From Saonia sp. (GTDB taxonomy: Bacteria; Bacteroidota; Bacteroidia; Flavobacteriales; Flavobacteriaceae), in NCBI GenBank assembly GCA_049670505.1, contig JBATTK010000133.1, forward strand, positions 4,681 to 68,680: a stretch of DNA of 64,000 bases, read 5' to 3'. The notes under the pieces are model-generated. The model did no database searches. It saw only the letters and a list, made by a program, of their open reading frames with translations, and had not been told where the DNA came from. Positions 39,605-49,432 of this stretch are shown here, in pieces; position 1 is the stretch's first letter; each line of letters begins with the position of its first letter. A program made the position numbers and the translations under genes.

Positions 39605-40978
39605 ATGGAAACAAAAATTAATGAACTGAACAACAAAGTAAAAGGCGAAATCATCCTTCCCAGTGATGAAAACTACCATGAGGCCCGGAAAATATACAAC
39701 GCCATGATCGATAAGCATCCTGCTATCATCTTCAAATGCCTGGATAAAGATGATGTAATCCAGGCCGTGAATTTTGCCAGAGAGAATAATTTGGAAGTGG
39801 CGATCAGAAGCGGTGGTCACAATGGGGCGGGACTTGCCCTTGTAAATGATGGTCTGGTCATAGACCTTTCGGAAATGAAGTCTATACAGATTGATCCAGA
39901 TACCCAAATGGCAAAAATACAGCCGGGCAATACCTTGAGGGATGTAGACAAGGCTACCCACGAACATGGTCTGGCACTGCCTGTTGGTATAAACGGCACA
40001 ACGGGCGTAGCGGGGCTGACATTAGGTGGGGGATTGGGCTATCTAAGCCGTAAAGGCGGGCTGGCTATCGACAACTTATTGGAGGCCGAAGTGGTTTTGG
40101 CCTCGGGAGAATCGGTCATCGCCAATGAAACCAGTCACCCCGATCTATTTTGGGCCCTACGGGGAGGCGGTGGTAATTTTGGGGTAGTGGTTTCTTTTAC
40201 TTTTAATCTGATCCCCGTAAAGAATGTCTACGCCGGACCCATGTTCTGGCCCATAGAACAGGCTGAAGAGGCTATGAAGTTCTATGATAGTATCACCGAA
40301 AATGCGACTAACGACCTATACGGTTTTTTTGCCTTTTTGATCGTTCCGCCCGGAGATCCTTTTCCGAAACACCTTCATATGAAAAGAGTTTGCGGAGTGG
40401 TCTGGTGTTATACGGGACCTATAAAAAAGGCGGAAGAAGTATTTAGGCCCATACGGGAGTTTGGCCCCCCAATTCTTGATTTTGTGGGCGAAATGCCCAT
40501 GCCTTCACTTAACGGACTGTTCGATGAACTCTATCCGCCAGGTCTGCAATGGTACTGGAAGGCACATTACATCAATGAGTTATCGGAGGAGTGTATACAG
40601 GAGAACATCAAACATGGTTCCAATACCCCCTCTGTACACTCTACCATGCATTTGTATCCCATTGACGGAAAGGTCCATGAAATAGCACAGTCAGCTACAG
40701 CTTGGGCCAATAGGGGTGCACGCTGGGCACAGGTCATAGTAGGGGTAGATCCCGATCCGGCCAATGCGGAAAAAATCACCAAATGGTGTAGGGACTATCA
40801 TGCGGCAATGGAACCCTATGCAGCCGGTGGCGGTTACGTAAACTTTATGATGGAAGAAGGGCAAGAGCCTGTAAAAGCAGGGTATAAAGGGAATTATAAT
40901 CGATTGGCAAAAATTAAAAAGAAATACGACCCCGATAATTTCTTTCATGTGAACCAAAACATTCTACCTTCAAAATAA
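39605..40978 (+). CDS. FAD-binding oxidoreductase, berberine-bridge-enzyme (BBE/VAO) type
   Basis: FAD-binding PCMH region (IRSGGHN), and a C-terminal BBE motif YVNF..NY.RL.KIKKKYDPDNFFHVNQNI. Confidence 0.85.
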   Translation: METKINELNNKVKGEIILPSDENYHEARKIYNAMIDKHPAIIFKCLDKDDVIQAVNFARENNLEVAIRSGGHNGAGLALVNDGLVIDLSEMKSIQIDPDTQMAKIQPGNTLRDVDKATHEHGLALPVGINGTTGVAGLTLGGGLGYLSRKGGLAIDNLLEAEVVLASGESVIANETSHPDLFWALRGGGGNFGVVVSFTFNLIPVKNVYAGPMFWPIEQAEEAMKFYDSITENATNDLYGFFAFLIVPPGDPFPKHLHMKRVCGVVWCYTGPIKKAEEVFRPIREFGPPILDFVGEMPMPSLNGLFDELYPPGLQWYWKAHYINELSEECIQENIKHGSNTPSVHSTMHLYPIDGKVHEIAQSATAWANRGARWAQVIVGVDPDPANAEKITKWCRDYHAAMEPYAAGGGYVNFMMEEGQEPVKAGYKGNYNRLAKIKKKYDPDNFFHVNQNILPSK

Positions 40979-41006
40979 GAAAGCGTATCATATAGAATTA
41001 AAAAAG

Positions 41007-41513
41007 CGATTCGCGAGGTGTGAATTCCTAAAAAAATCAGGGGCCTTGGCCGCTCTCTCCACCATTATGTAGCGCAGCTCAGGGATTTTAAAAGTGCCTA
41101 TAACCAATGATGCCGCAATTGAAATTGCAGGAAGAAGCCAGGGAACTCCAAGAATCTGCAATGCGCTTTTGCGTAGGGTAAGGGATTTTGTCCAGATAAA
41201 AGGAAACGGAAAAATTGATATGGATATTTCCAGATTTGGATTATAGGCCTTGAACGTTGATGCCTATGGGCTGGATGAGATGGACAATAAGATTCTGAGC
41301 ACACTGATCGATAAATTTAAGGGCGGCCCCGTTGGTATTACCACGATTGTTATAACTGTTTCTGAAAGTGCCGAAACCATTAAAGAGGTTTATGAGCCTT
41401 TTTTGATACAATAGGGGTTTATTATGCGTACACCCAGAGGCAGGAAAGTTACCGAATTGGCTTATAAACACTTGGGTAGGATAAAAGGAGGCGCGCAACC
41501 AGGACTATTTTAA
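41007..41513 (+). pseudogene. ruvB: decayed copy of the 3' half of ruvB
   Basis: Translates collinearly with RuvB residues about 174-340 (..[70 protein letters not shown]). In-frame stops at 41070, 41244 and 41412. No 5' half is present. Confidence 0.85.
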
Positions 41514-41728
41514 TAAATAGTTCTTCCCGTTTTTCTAAAGAATTTCAAAAGATAGGCCACATATTACTGAATACGGTGCAATGACAATTAGTTGTCCAAT
41601 GGTATCGGACATCCAATAAAGTGGGATTATTTTACCAACGTTTGATGTAATTTTTCTACCTTAAAGGAAATTTCTCCCCTTTCTTTGTAGCGTAAAACTA
41701 GTTCCCTCCTAATTAAAAAAATATCATT

Positions 41729-42820
41729 ATGCCTTATTTTATGGATTTGCATGTGGTTCCGGGAATAACGCCAGAGATGGTTGCGGCTGCTCATAAGGAA
41801 GATATTAGAGTACAAGATGAGTTTGGCTGTAGATGCGCTACGTATTGGGTAGATGTAGAAAGAGAACGGGCTTTTTGTCTTATTGAGGCACCAAATAGGG
41901 AAGCAATCAATAAAATGCACAGAAAATCGCTTGGTGTCGAACCACTTGAGGTTATAGAGGTTTCAGAAGCTGCAGTGACTTCTTTTTTGGGAAGAATTAA
42001 AGATCCAGATACTTTTTATACCGAAGGTAAGAGCGATTTGAAAATATTCAATGATCCGGCTTTTCGGATAATTTTGGTTACAGATAGCTATCATAATAGG
42101 CTTCTTGAACTAAAACTTGGTAAAATAGAAGCAAAAAAACTTCTTTCTGAATATAGGTCAACTATTAAGTCCGCTATAAAAAACAGCAAAGGAAAGGAGG
42201 TTAAGGGCGAAGAATTTGTTGTTTCGTTTACCTCGGTTTTTAAGGCTGTTGAATGTGCCTTGTCCATTAAGAATAAAACGCAGTCAATTTCAAAACAATT
42301 GAACCTTAAAATTTCTCTTCATGCAGGTCTACCGATAGCAAAAGATAAATCTTTGTTCGGCGAGGTCGTAAATTTTGCTCGGTTTTTTGGTAATTCCGGT
42401 GCTGGAGAACAAATTATAATGTCGCCTATTATTCGAGAATTGTACAAAAAAGAGTACGAGAATTTAATGAAGGAGAAGGGAGTTAAATGCATGAATTCTT
42501 CTGAAGAAAATTTTGCTAAACAATTGATGCAAACACTACATAAGAATTGGCAAAATTCTGAGTTTGCGATTACAGATTTCTGCAAATCGATGTCGATGAG
42601 CAAATCGCAATTCTTTCGTAGAAGTAAATCGATAACCGGGAAATCTCCAAATGTCTTGTTACAAGAATTCCGGCTACATAAAGCGCTACAATTATTGAAT
42701 GAACCCGATCGAAATATTTCCCAAACCGCTTTTGATAGTGGTTTTAATAGCCTTTCCTACTTTACTAAGTGCTTTAGAAAGCATTTTGGTATCCAACCGA
42801 CCGCTTTTTTGAAAGGATAA
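41729..42820 (+). CDS. DUF4242-like + degenerate cyclase-homology + AraC HTH regulator (paralog 4, closest to paralog 1)
   Basis: MPYFMDLHVVPG..FGCRCATYWVDVERERAFCLIEAPN..FLGRIKDP..LKIFNDPAFRIIL.. and a C-terminal AraC HTH. Confidence 0.75.
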   Translation: MPYFMDLHVVPGITPEMVAAAHKEDIRVQDEFGCRCATYWVDVERERAFCLIEAPNREAINKMHRKSLGVEPLEVIEVSEAAVTSFLGRIKDPDTFYTEGKSDLKIFNDPAFRIILVTDSYHNRLLELKLGKIEAKKLLSEYRSTIKSAIKNSKGKEVKGEEFVVSFTSVFKAVECALSIKNKTQSISKQLNLKISLHAGLPIAKDKSLFGEVVNFARFFGNSGAGEQIIMSPIIRELYKKEYENLMKEKGVKCMNSSEENFAKQLMQTLHKNWQNSEFAITDFCKSMSMSKSQFFRRSKSITGKSPNVLLQEFRLHKALQLLNEPDRNISQTAFDSGFNSLSYFTKCFRKHFGIQPTAFLKG

Positions 42821-42863
42821 TTATCTTCTTGGTCATTTTTTACCAGCTTTTGGAATTAATGTA

Positions 42864-42895
42864 AAAGCCACCTTAAAAAAGTGGCTTTACTTTTA
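42864..42895 (+). terminator. rho-independent terminator after regulator paralog 4
   Basis: AAAGCCAC / GTGGCTTT 8-bp stem with a 9-nt loop, followed by a T-rich tail. Confidence 0.65.
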
Positions 42896-42987
42896 ATATG
42901 TCTTAAAATTCTAATTTTCAGACTTTTATTTGTACCCCTCCCCCGAGCAAACATGAATAGATTATTAACCATTAAACATTTTATATT

Positions 42988-43716
42988 ATGAAAAGTACAC
43001 AAAGGAAACTACCGTATTTATTGTTTATTTTAGCGATTATGTTTAGTTCATGTGCTAAGGATGGGGAAGACGGGGCCATAGGCCCACCAGGTCCACAAGG
43101 AGAGCAGGGCTTACCGGGAATGGATGGTGCTGATGGTCAAGACGGCGCAGATACCCCTGGGCTATTAATCTCTACTTCTGAAATAATAAACGCTGTCACA
43201 GGTGCTGTTTTGGGCAAATCAACACTTTACCGAGAAGAAAATGGAATTTTTGTCAACTACGAAGTAAGTGGTCTAGAGCCAAATTATGCATACACACTAT
43301 GGTGGACGGTTTGGAACCAACCACAAAACTGTATCGTGCCTGGAGAATGTGGGTTGGCTGATTTTGAAAATGCGATTGAGGTAGAAGTAGAGCTTATGAA
43401 TGCTTCGGGCGGCATCATCGGTGAAGACGGTGCGGCCACATTTACGTCCTATCTTGATGAAAATGACAATTCGGGATCTATCAATGAAGATATTTTTGGA
43501 ATACCAACTTTTAATGGGCTCCAAAATGCAATAGAAGCCCAAGTGACCGTGGTATTAAGAAGTCATGGGCCTGTGGTGCCTGAATTGGTTGCCGAGCAAA
43601 TTAACTCACATCAAGGTGGTTGCACCAATAATTTTGCTCCCTTTAGCGAAATACCAGATGCTGAGGGAGAATGTGGGGACATTATTTTTGCCATTCATAG
43701 CCCAGGAGCTAACTAA
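42988..43716 (+). CDS. lipoprotein with a collagen-like Gly-X-Y repeat and a C-terminal domain of unknown function
   Basis: Lipobox MFSSC. Ten uninterrupted GXY triplets (GEDGAIGPPGPQGEQGLPGMDGADGQDGAD). Confidence 0.7.
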   Translation: MKSTQRKLPYLLFILAIMFSSCAKDGEDGAIGPPGPQGEQGLPGMDGADGQDGADTPGLLISTSEIINAVTGAVLGKSTLYREENGIFVNYEVSGLEPNYAYTLWWTVWNQPQNCIVPGECGLADFENAIEVEVELMNASGGIIGEDGAATFTSYLDENDNSGSINEDIFGIPTFNGLQNAIEAQVTVVLRSHGPVVPELVAEQINSHQGGCTNNFAPFSEIPDAEGECGDIIFAIHSPGAN

Positions 43717-43755
43717 AAATGCATCCTTATTTGGAATTAGCTTTATCTTTAGTGT

Positions 43756-44676
43756 ATGAATGAAAAAAATCATGCACAGAAAATAAAAACCGAAGCCAAA
43801 CGCCTCGGTTTTTTGTCCTGTGGTATTTCCAAGGCCGATTTTCTTGAAGAGGAAGCACCCCGATTGGAAAAATGGCTCTCCAACAAGATGCATGGAGAAA
43901 TGGGCTACATGGAAAATCATTTTGACAAGCGTTTAGATCCACGTTTGTTAGTAGATAGTGCCAAGTCCGTTATTTCGCTCTTGCTGAACTATTATCCCGA
44001 AGAAGAGCAGTCGCCTGACACCTATAAGCTGTCCAAATATGCTTACGGACAAGATTACCATCATGTCATTAAATCCAAATTAAGGAAACTTCAAGAATTT
44101 GTTTCCGAAGAAATTGGAGAAGTCAACGGGCGTGCCTTTGTGGATTCTGCCCCTGTATTGGATAAGGCTTGGGCCGCAAAAAGCGGCTTGGGCTGGATGG
44201 GCAAACACAGTAACTTATTGACACAACAAGTGGGGTCCTTTTATTTTATTGCAGAACTTATTGTGGATCTGGAATTAGAATATGATACACCCGTCACGGA
44301 TCACTGCGGTACCTGTACGGCTTGTATAGATGCTTGCCCCACCCAGGCCATTGTGGAGCCCTATGTAGTGGATGGCAGTAAATGTATTTCCTATTTTACC
44401 ATCGAATTAAAAAATGAGATACCAACGGATGTAAAGGGAAAGTTCAACGATTGGATGTTCGGATGCGATATCTGCCAAGATGTATGTCCTTGGAACCGTT
44501 TTTCCAAATCCCATAACGAACCTTTGTTCCAGCCCCATCCAGAACTACTTTCCATGACCAAAAAGGACTGGGAAGAGATTACGACCGATGTGTTTAAGAA
44601 AGTCTTCCAAAAGTCGGCGGTAAAGCGAACCAAGTTTTCCGGTTTACAACGTAATGTACGGTTTTTGAACGATTGA
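43756..44676 (+). CDS. queG: tRNA epoxyqueuosine(34) reductase
   Basis: Fe-S motifs [13 protein letters not shown] and [12 protein letters not shown], and CISYFTIE. 306 aa. Confidence 0.9.
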   Translation: MNEKNHAQKIKTEAKRLGFLSCGISKADFLEEEAPRLEKWLSNKMHGEMGYMENHFDKRLDPRLLVDSAKSVISLLLNYYPEEEQSPDTYKLSKYAYGQDYHHVIKSKLRKLQEFVSEEIGEVNGRAFVDSAPVLDKAWAAKSGLGWMGKHSNLLTQQVGSFYFIAELIVDLELEYDTPVTDHCGTCTACIDACPTQAIVEPYVVDGSKCISYFTIELKNEIPTDVKGKFNDWMFGCDICQDVCPWNRFSKSHNEPLFQPHPELLSMTKKDWEEITTDVFKKVFQKSAVKRTKFSGLQRNVRFLND

Positions 44677-44688
44677 TCTATGCTCTCC

Positions 44689-44769
44689 TGCTGGGAGAAG
44701 ACCAAGGTGGGGATAAAAAAAATCTTCCAAAAGTCTCCGGCAACACGGGCCAAAATCTTACGTTTATAG
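44689..44769 (+). pseudogene. short remnant resembling the queG 3' end
   Basis: Translates CWEKTKVGIKKIFQKSPATRAKILRL*, against QueG ..[30 protein letters not shown]... The two share the exact 14-mer TCTTCCAAAAGTC. Confidence 0.5.
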
Positions 44770-45018
44770 GTCGCTCTTCATTATTTGAGTTAATGCAAAC
44801 TACTACTATATCGATTGCGTTACCGATCAACGGCATTTAACTGTTAAGTTTTTTTTAAGAAAAAATTAAAAATACTATATTCGGAAACTGTAGCATTTTA
44901 TGAATTCTTCAATAATCACCTATGAAAGTTTTGATAAACCTAGATTATAGGACAAAAGTTTATGGAGAATCCAAAATAATTATACGGCACTAACTAACTA
45001 AACTAAATTGATACAATT

Positions 45019-46737
45019 ATGAACGGATTGGAAACCTTGGACATTGTTGTAATTCTGGTGTACCTTGTCGGGATTATTATTTATGGCATATCAAAATCTA
45101 AAAGAAGCAGTTCCGAAGATTACTTTTTAGGGGGTAGAACAATGACTTGGCCTATTGTAGGTATTGCCTTGTTTTCTGCAAATATCTCCAGTTCAACGCT
45201 AGTAGGCTTGGCTTCGGATGGATTTCAGACGAACATAAATGTATATAACTACGAATGGTTCGCCGTTGTCATTTTGATTTTCTTTTCCATTTTCTTCCTA
45301 CCATTTTATCTGAAATCCGGTGTATATACCATGCCGGAATTTATGCAAAAGAGATATGACATTCGATCTCGCTATTATTTCTCCCTTATTACCATTGTAG
45401 GGAATGTTATGGTAGATACGGCGGCTGGGCTATATGTGGGAAGTATTGTACTTAAGCTCCTTTTTCCGGAAATTAGTTCTACCTACATCATTATAATGTT
45501 GGCAGTCGCGGCGGCGGCATATACCATCCCGGGAGGGTTGAACTCGGTAATACAAACAGAAGTAATACAGGCGGTGTTATTAATTATAGGTTCTTGTTTC
45601 CTTACCTATTTCGCCTTTGAAGAATTAGGTGGCGGTTGGAGTGGTATGATGTCCAAATTGGACGGCATGCTTGCCGCTGGGGATGTTAGTTTTGGTGATC
45701 GTGCGGCGGAAGGAAAATATATTCCTTCCAATTCGGGAGAGGTATTTAGTTTGGTGCGTCCAGACAATGATGAATTTATGCCCTGGTGGGGCCTATTAAC
45801 AGGGGTTCCACTGTTAGGGTTCTATTTTTGGGCCAATAATCAGTTCATGGTTCAGCGTGTTCTTGGCGCCAAGGACCTAAATCATGGTAGATGGGGAGCG
45901 TTGTTTGCCGGACTTTTAAAGTTACCCGTCATATTCATCATGGTAATACCTGGTGTATTGGCGTTGTTGTTGTTCAGTGCTTTGGATATTTCGGGCTTAA
46001 ACTACCCTTTGCCCAATGGGGAAATGTGTACAAATCTATCGGACTGTCCCAACCTTACGTATCCTGTATTACTCTTTAATTTATTGCCAACAGGAATTTT
46101 AGGATTGGTAGTTGCAGGCCTGCTTGCGGCTATGATGTCATCGGTATCCGCCACCTTTAATTCCGCTTCTACTCTGATTACAATGGATTTTGTAAAACAA
46201 CTACGGCCAGAAATGACAAGTAAACAACTGGTAAGGGCCGGTCAGATAGCTACTTTGGTTTTAGTGATCTTGGCATCGCTTTGGGTGCCTTTTATAGAGC
46301 GGGTAAGCGACTCGCTTTGGGGGTATTTGCAGTTGGTGATCGCATTTACAAGTCCACCGGTAGTGTCGGCATTTATATTGGGACTGTTTTGGAAACGTGC
46401 CAATGGTACAGGAGCTTTTATAAGCTTATTGGTAGGGGGGGCTTTTGCCGTTTTTATGATTTTATCCATAACATTCGATATTTCTCCCTATTTGAACGAT
46501 TTTCACTTCTTGGCAAAGGCAAATCTATTGTTCATCATAAGCATTATAACACATGTAATCGTGAGTTTGGCCACAGCACTGCCCGATGCCCAAAAAGTGA
46601 AGGATTATACCTATAGAAAAGAGTTGTTTACGGAGGAGACCGAGGAGCTTAAAGGGCTGCCTTGGTATAAAAATTATAGATATTTGGCCATTGTATTGTT
46701 AGTGGTTACCGCTTTGGTCGTAGGCATGTTTTTATAA
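45019..46737 (+). CDS. sodium:solute symporter (SSS/SLC5 family)
   Basis: Hydrophobic profile of about 14 TM segments with SSS-type N-terminal motifs (..YFLGGR.M.W..VG..LFSANISS..). Confidence 0.85.
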   Translation: MNGLETLDIVVILVYLVGIIIYGISKSKRSSSEDYFLGGRTMTWPIVGIALFSANISSSTLVGLASDGFQTNINVYNYEWFAVVILIFFSIFFLPFYLKSGVYTMPEFMQKRYDIRSRYYFSLITIVGNVMVDTAAGLYVGSIVLKLLFPEISSTYIIIMLAVAAAAYTIPGGLNSVIQTEVIQAVLLIIGSCFLTYFAFEELGGGWSGMMSKLDGMLAAGDVSFGDRAAEGKYIPSNSGEVFSLVRPDNDEFMPWWGLLTGVPLLGFYFWANNQFMVQRVLGAKDLNHGRWGALFAGLLKLPVIFIMVIPGVLALLLFSALDISGLNYPLPNGEMCTNLSDCPNLTYPVLLFNLLPTGILGLVVAGLLAAMMSSVSATFNSASTLITMDFVKQLRPEMTSKQLVRAGQIATLVLVILASLWVPFIERVSDSLWGYLQLVIAFTSPPVVSAFILGLFWKRANGTGAFISLLVGGAFAVFMILSITFDISPYLNDFHFLAKANLLFIISIITHVIVSLATALPDAQKVKDYTYRKELFTEETEELKGLPWYKNYRYLAIVLLVVTALVVGMFL

Positions 46738-46760
46738 TAACCATTAAAACCAACCTTTGA

Positions 46761-46793
46761 AAAGCCCTGACGATGCTGTTAGGGCTTTTTTTT
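46761..46793 (+). terminator. rho-independent terminator after the SSS transporter
   Basis: AAAGCCCTGAC / GTTAGGGCTTT stem followed by T8. Confidence 0.8.
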
Positions 46794-46872
46794 ATAGTGA
46801 ATAGGATTAATCGTTTTTGATCCACCTAATATCGATGAATACATTTAAATTTGTCATTCAAACCCAAAGAAT

Positions 46873-49170
46873 ATGAGCAAACAAAAGGATAGAAGGGATG
46901 CCTTGGATTATCATTCCAAACCACAACCAGGAAAGATAAAGATTGTCCCTACCAAACCCTACGCCAAACAGCGCGATTTGGCACTTGCGTATTCTCCCGG
47001 TGTAGCCGAACCCTGCTTGGAAATCGAAAAAGACAAGGAAAACGTTTATAAATACACGGCAAAGGGAAATATTGTGGCCATAATCAGCAATGGTACCGCT
47101 GTCCTAGGGTTGGGCGATATTGGGCCCGAAGCTTCCAAACCTGTAATGGAAGGTAAGAGTCTTTTGTTTAAGATTTTTGCGGATATCGATGGTATAGATA
47201 TTGAATTGGATACCAAGGATGTCGATAAATTTATTGAGACGGTAAAGACCATTGCCCCAACTTTTGGAGGAATCAACCTTGAGGATATCAAAGCACCGGA
47301 GGCCTTTGAAATTGAAAGAAGGTTAAAGGAAGAGTTGGATATTCCAGTGATGCACGATGATCAACATGGTACCGCGATTATTTCCGCGGCCGCATTGCTC
47401 AACGCCTTGGAAATAACTAAAAAAGCTATTGAAAAAATACGTATCGTGGTCAGTGGAGCAGGAGCTGCCGCTGTTTCCTGCACACGTTTGTACAAGGCTT
47501 TCGGGGCCGTTGACAAAAATATCGTTATGGTAGATAGCAAGGGTGTCATCCGAAAAGATCGGGAGCATCTTACGAAAGAAAAATTGGAATTTGCGACCGA
47601 AAGGAAAATAGACACCTTGGAAGAGGCCATGCAAGACGCCGATGTTTTTATTGGTCTTTCCAGAGCGGATATCGTTACCCCTAAAATGCTGACCATTATG
47701 GCAGATAACCCCATCGTTTTTGCTATGGCCAATCCCGACCCGGAGATCGCCTATGATTTGGCCTGTAGCACAAGAAAGGATATTATAATGGCCACTGGGC
47801 GTTCCGACCATCCCAACCAGGTGAACAACGTTCTGGGGTTCCCTTTTATTTTTAGGGGAGCTTTGGATGTTAGGGCCACTAAAATTAATGAAGCGATGAA
47901 AATGGCGGCGGTCAAGGCCCTGGCGGACCTTGCCAAGGAACCCGTACCCGAACAGGTAAATATTGCCTACGGAAAGACCAGACTTACGTTTGGCAAGCAT
48001 TATATCATACCCAAACCCTTTGATCCCCGACTTATAGCGGAAATACCACCCGCCGTCGCAAAAGCGGCGATGGATAGCGGTATCGCCAAAAAACCAATTG
48101 AAGACTGGGAAAACTACAAAGAAGAACTGTTACAACGTTTAGGCAGTGATAACAAAGTGGTACGCTTACTGCATGATAGGGCCCGTCTGAATGCAAAAAA
48201 AATCGTTTTCGCCGAGGCCGATCAACTCGATGTTCTAAAAGCCGCGCAGATTGCGTACGATGAGGGCATAGCGGAACCTATTTTATTAGGGAACAAAGAA
48301 ATTATTCAAGAGTTAAAAAAAGAACTGGAATTTGATGCGGACGTGCCTATCGTGGACCCGATTTCGGAACAATCCAAGGACAAAAGAAATCAATACGCAA
48401 CAAAATATTGGGAAAACAGAAACAGAAGTGGCGTTACGCTATATGGGGCCCATATAAAAATGCGCGAACGCAATTATTTTGGCGCCATGATGTTGCTAGA
48501 AGGTGATGCGGACGGAATGATTTCTGGCTATTCCAGGGCATATCCCGCCGTGGTAAAGCCAATTTTCGAGGTCATCGGAAGGGCTTCGAGGGTTAAAAGA
48601 GTGGCTACCGTCAATATCATGACTTCCAACAGGGGGCCGTTGTTCCTAGCGGATACCTCCATTAATATTGATCCCAATGCAGAAGAGATCGCAGAGATTG
48701 CCCAAATGACGGCAAATGTGGCATCTACTTTTGGATTTGAACCCGTAATGGCCTTATTATCCTATGCCAATTTTGGTTCGTCTTCGCATCCGAATGCCAA
48801 AAAAGTAAGGGAGGCCGTAAAAATTTTACATGAAAATTGTCCCAATATTGTGGTCGATGGTGAAATACAAACGGATTTTGCACTGAACAAAAATCTGCGT
48901 CAAAGTAAATTCCCGTTTTCTAAATTGGCAGGAAAAAAAGTCAATACCCTGATTTTTCCTAATTTGGAGTCTGCAAATATCACCTATAAATTGCTAAAAG
49001 AACTGAACGGGGCGGACTCTATAGGGCCTATAATGGTAGGACTTAGAAAATCGGTACATATTCTTCAATTGGGGGCCAGTGTGGATGAAATGGTCAATAT
49101 GACGGCAGTTGCGGTAATAGACGCCCAGGAAAGGGAAAAAAGGAAGGAAGCCAAATTAGGGTATAAGTAA
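46873..49170 (+). CDS. maeB: NADP-dependent malic enzyme (malic enzyme + phosphotransacetylase-like domain)
   Basis: N-terminal malic-enzyme domains (..VISNGTAVLGLGDIG.., GAGAAA) and a C-terminal PTA-like domain. 765 aa. Confidence 0.9.
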   Translation: MSKQKDRRDALDYHSKPQPGKIKIVPTKPYAKQRDLALAYSPGVAEPCLEIEKDKENVYKYTAKGNIVAIISNGTAVLGLGDIGPEASKPVMEGKSLLFKIFADIDGIDIELDTKDVDKFIETVKTIAPTFGGINLEDIKAPEAFEIERRLKEELDIPVMHDDQHGTAIISAAALLNALEITKKAIEKIRIVVSGAGAAAVSCTRLYKAFGAVDKNIVMVDSKGVIRKDREHLTKEKLEFATERKIDTLEEAMQDADVFIGLSRADIVTPKMLTIMADNPIVFAMANPDPEIAYDLACSTRKDIIMATGRSDHPNQVNNVLGFPFIFRGALDVRATKINEAMKMAAVKALADLAKEPVPEQVNIAYGKTRLTFGKHYIIPKPFDPRLIAEIPPAVAKAAMDSGIAKKPIEDWENYKEELLQRLGSDNKVVRLLHDRARLNAKKIVFAEADQLDVLKAAQIAYDEGIAEPILLGNKEIIQELKKELEFDADVPIVDPISEQSKDKRNQYATKYWENRNRSGVTLYGAHIKMRERNYFGAMMLLEGDADGMISGYSRAYPAVVKPIFEVIGRASRVKRVATVNIMTSNRGPLFLADTSINIDPNAEEIAEIAQMTANVASTFGFEPVMALLSYANFGSSSHPNAKKVREAVKILHENCPNIVVDGEIQTDFALNKNLRQSKFPFSKLAGKKVNTLIFPNLESANITYKLLKELNGADSIGPIMVGLRKSVHILQLGASVDEMVNMTAVAVIDAQEREKRKEAKLGYK

Positions 49171-49432
49171 ATGGGCCGATAATCTTTGGTTGACAGTAAT
49201 GGGTATTGAGTAGGAAGTATACAGCGTTGGCTCAAAGCTTATGAATTGGCAATTAATAGGTTAGATACGTAATGAGTAGGTTATAGGTTAATGGATTATT
49301 GATCAGAAAGTAGTACAGAGTGCCCTGATTTTGGGCGCTAAGCTTAGGGCCTATGATTAAAGGATACTGGTGAATTGGCAGTAGGTAAAAAAAGTAGGGA
49401 TTTTACGATTTGGACCAAAAATTTCGGATCTT

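Larger units (their letters stand above)
30209..41006. other. putative accessory insert (genomic islet) bracketed by ruvB and a decayed ruvB 3' copy
   Basis: Bounded by a diverged direct repeat of about 0.5 kb (29705-30208 and 41007-41513). Content is non-core and no mobility gene is present. Confidence 0.5.

Noticed and set aside
30209-41006. Integrative element, prophage or ICE
   Set aside because: No integrase, transposase, relaxase, phage structural gene or tRNA target is present. Only the bracketing ruvB repeat supports an insertion, so it is reported merely as an accessory insert.
41627-41920. 97-aa minus-strand ORF overlapping the start of regulator paralog 4
   Set aside because: It overlaps the well-supported MPYFMDLH start region and an AT-rich promoter and has no recognisable features.
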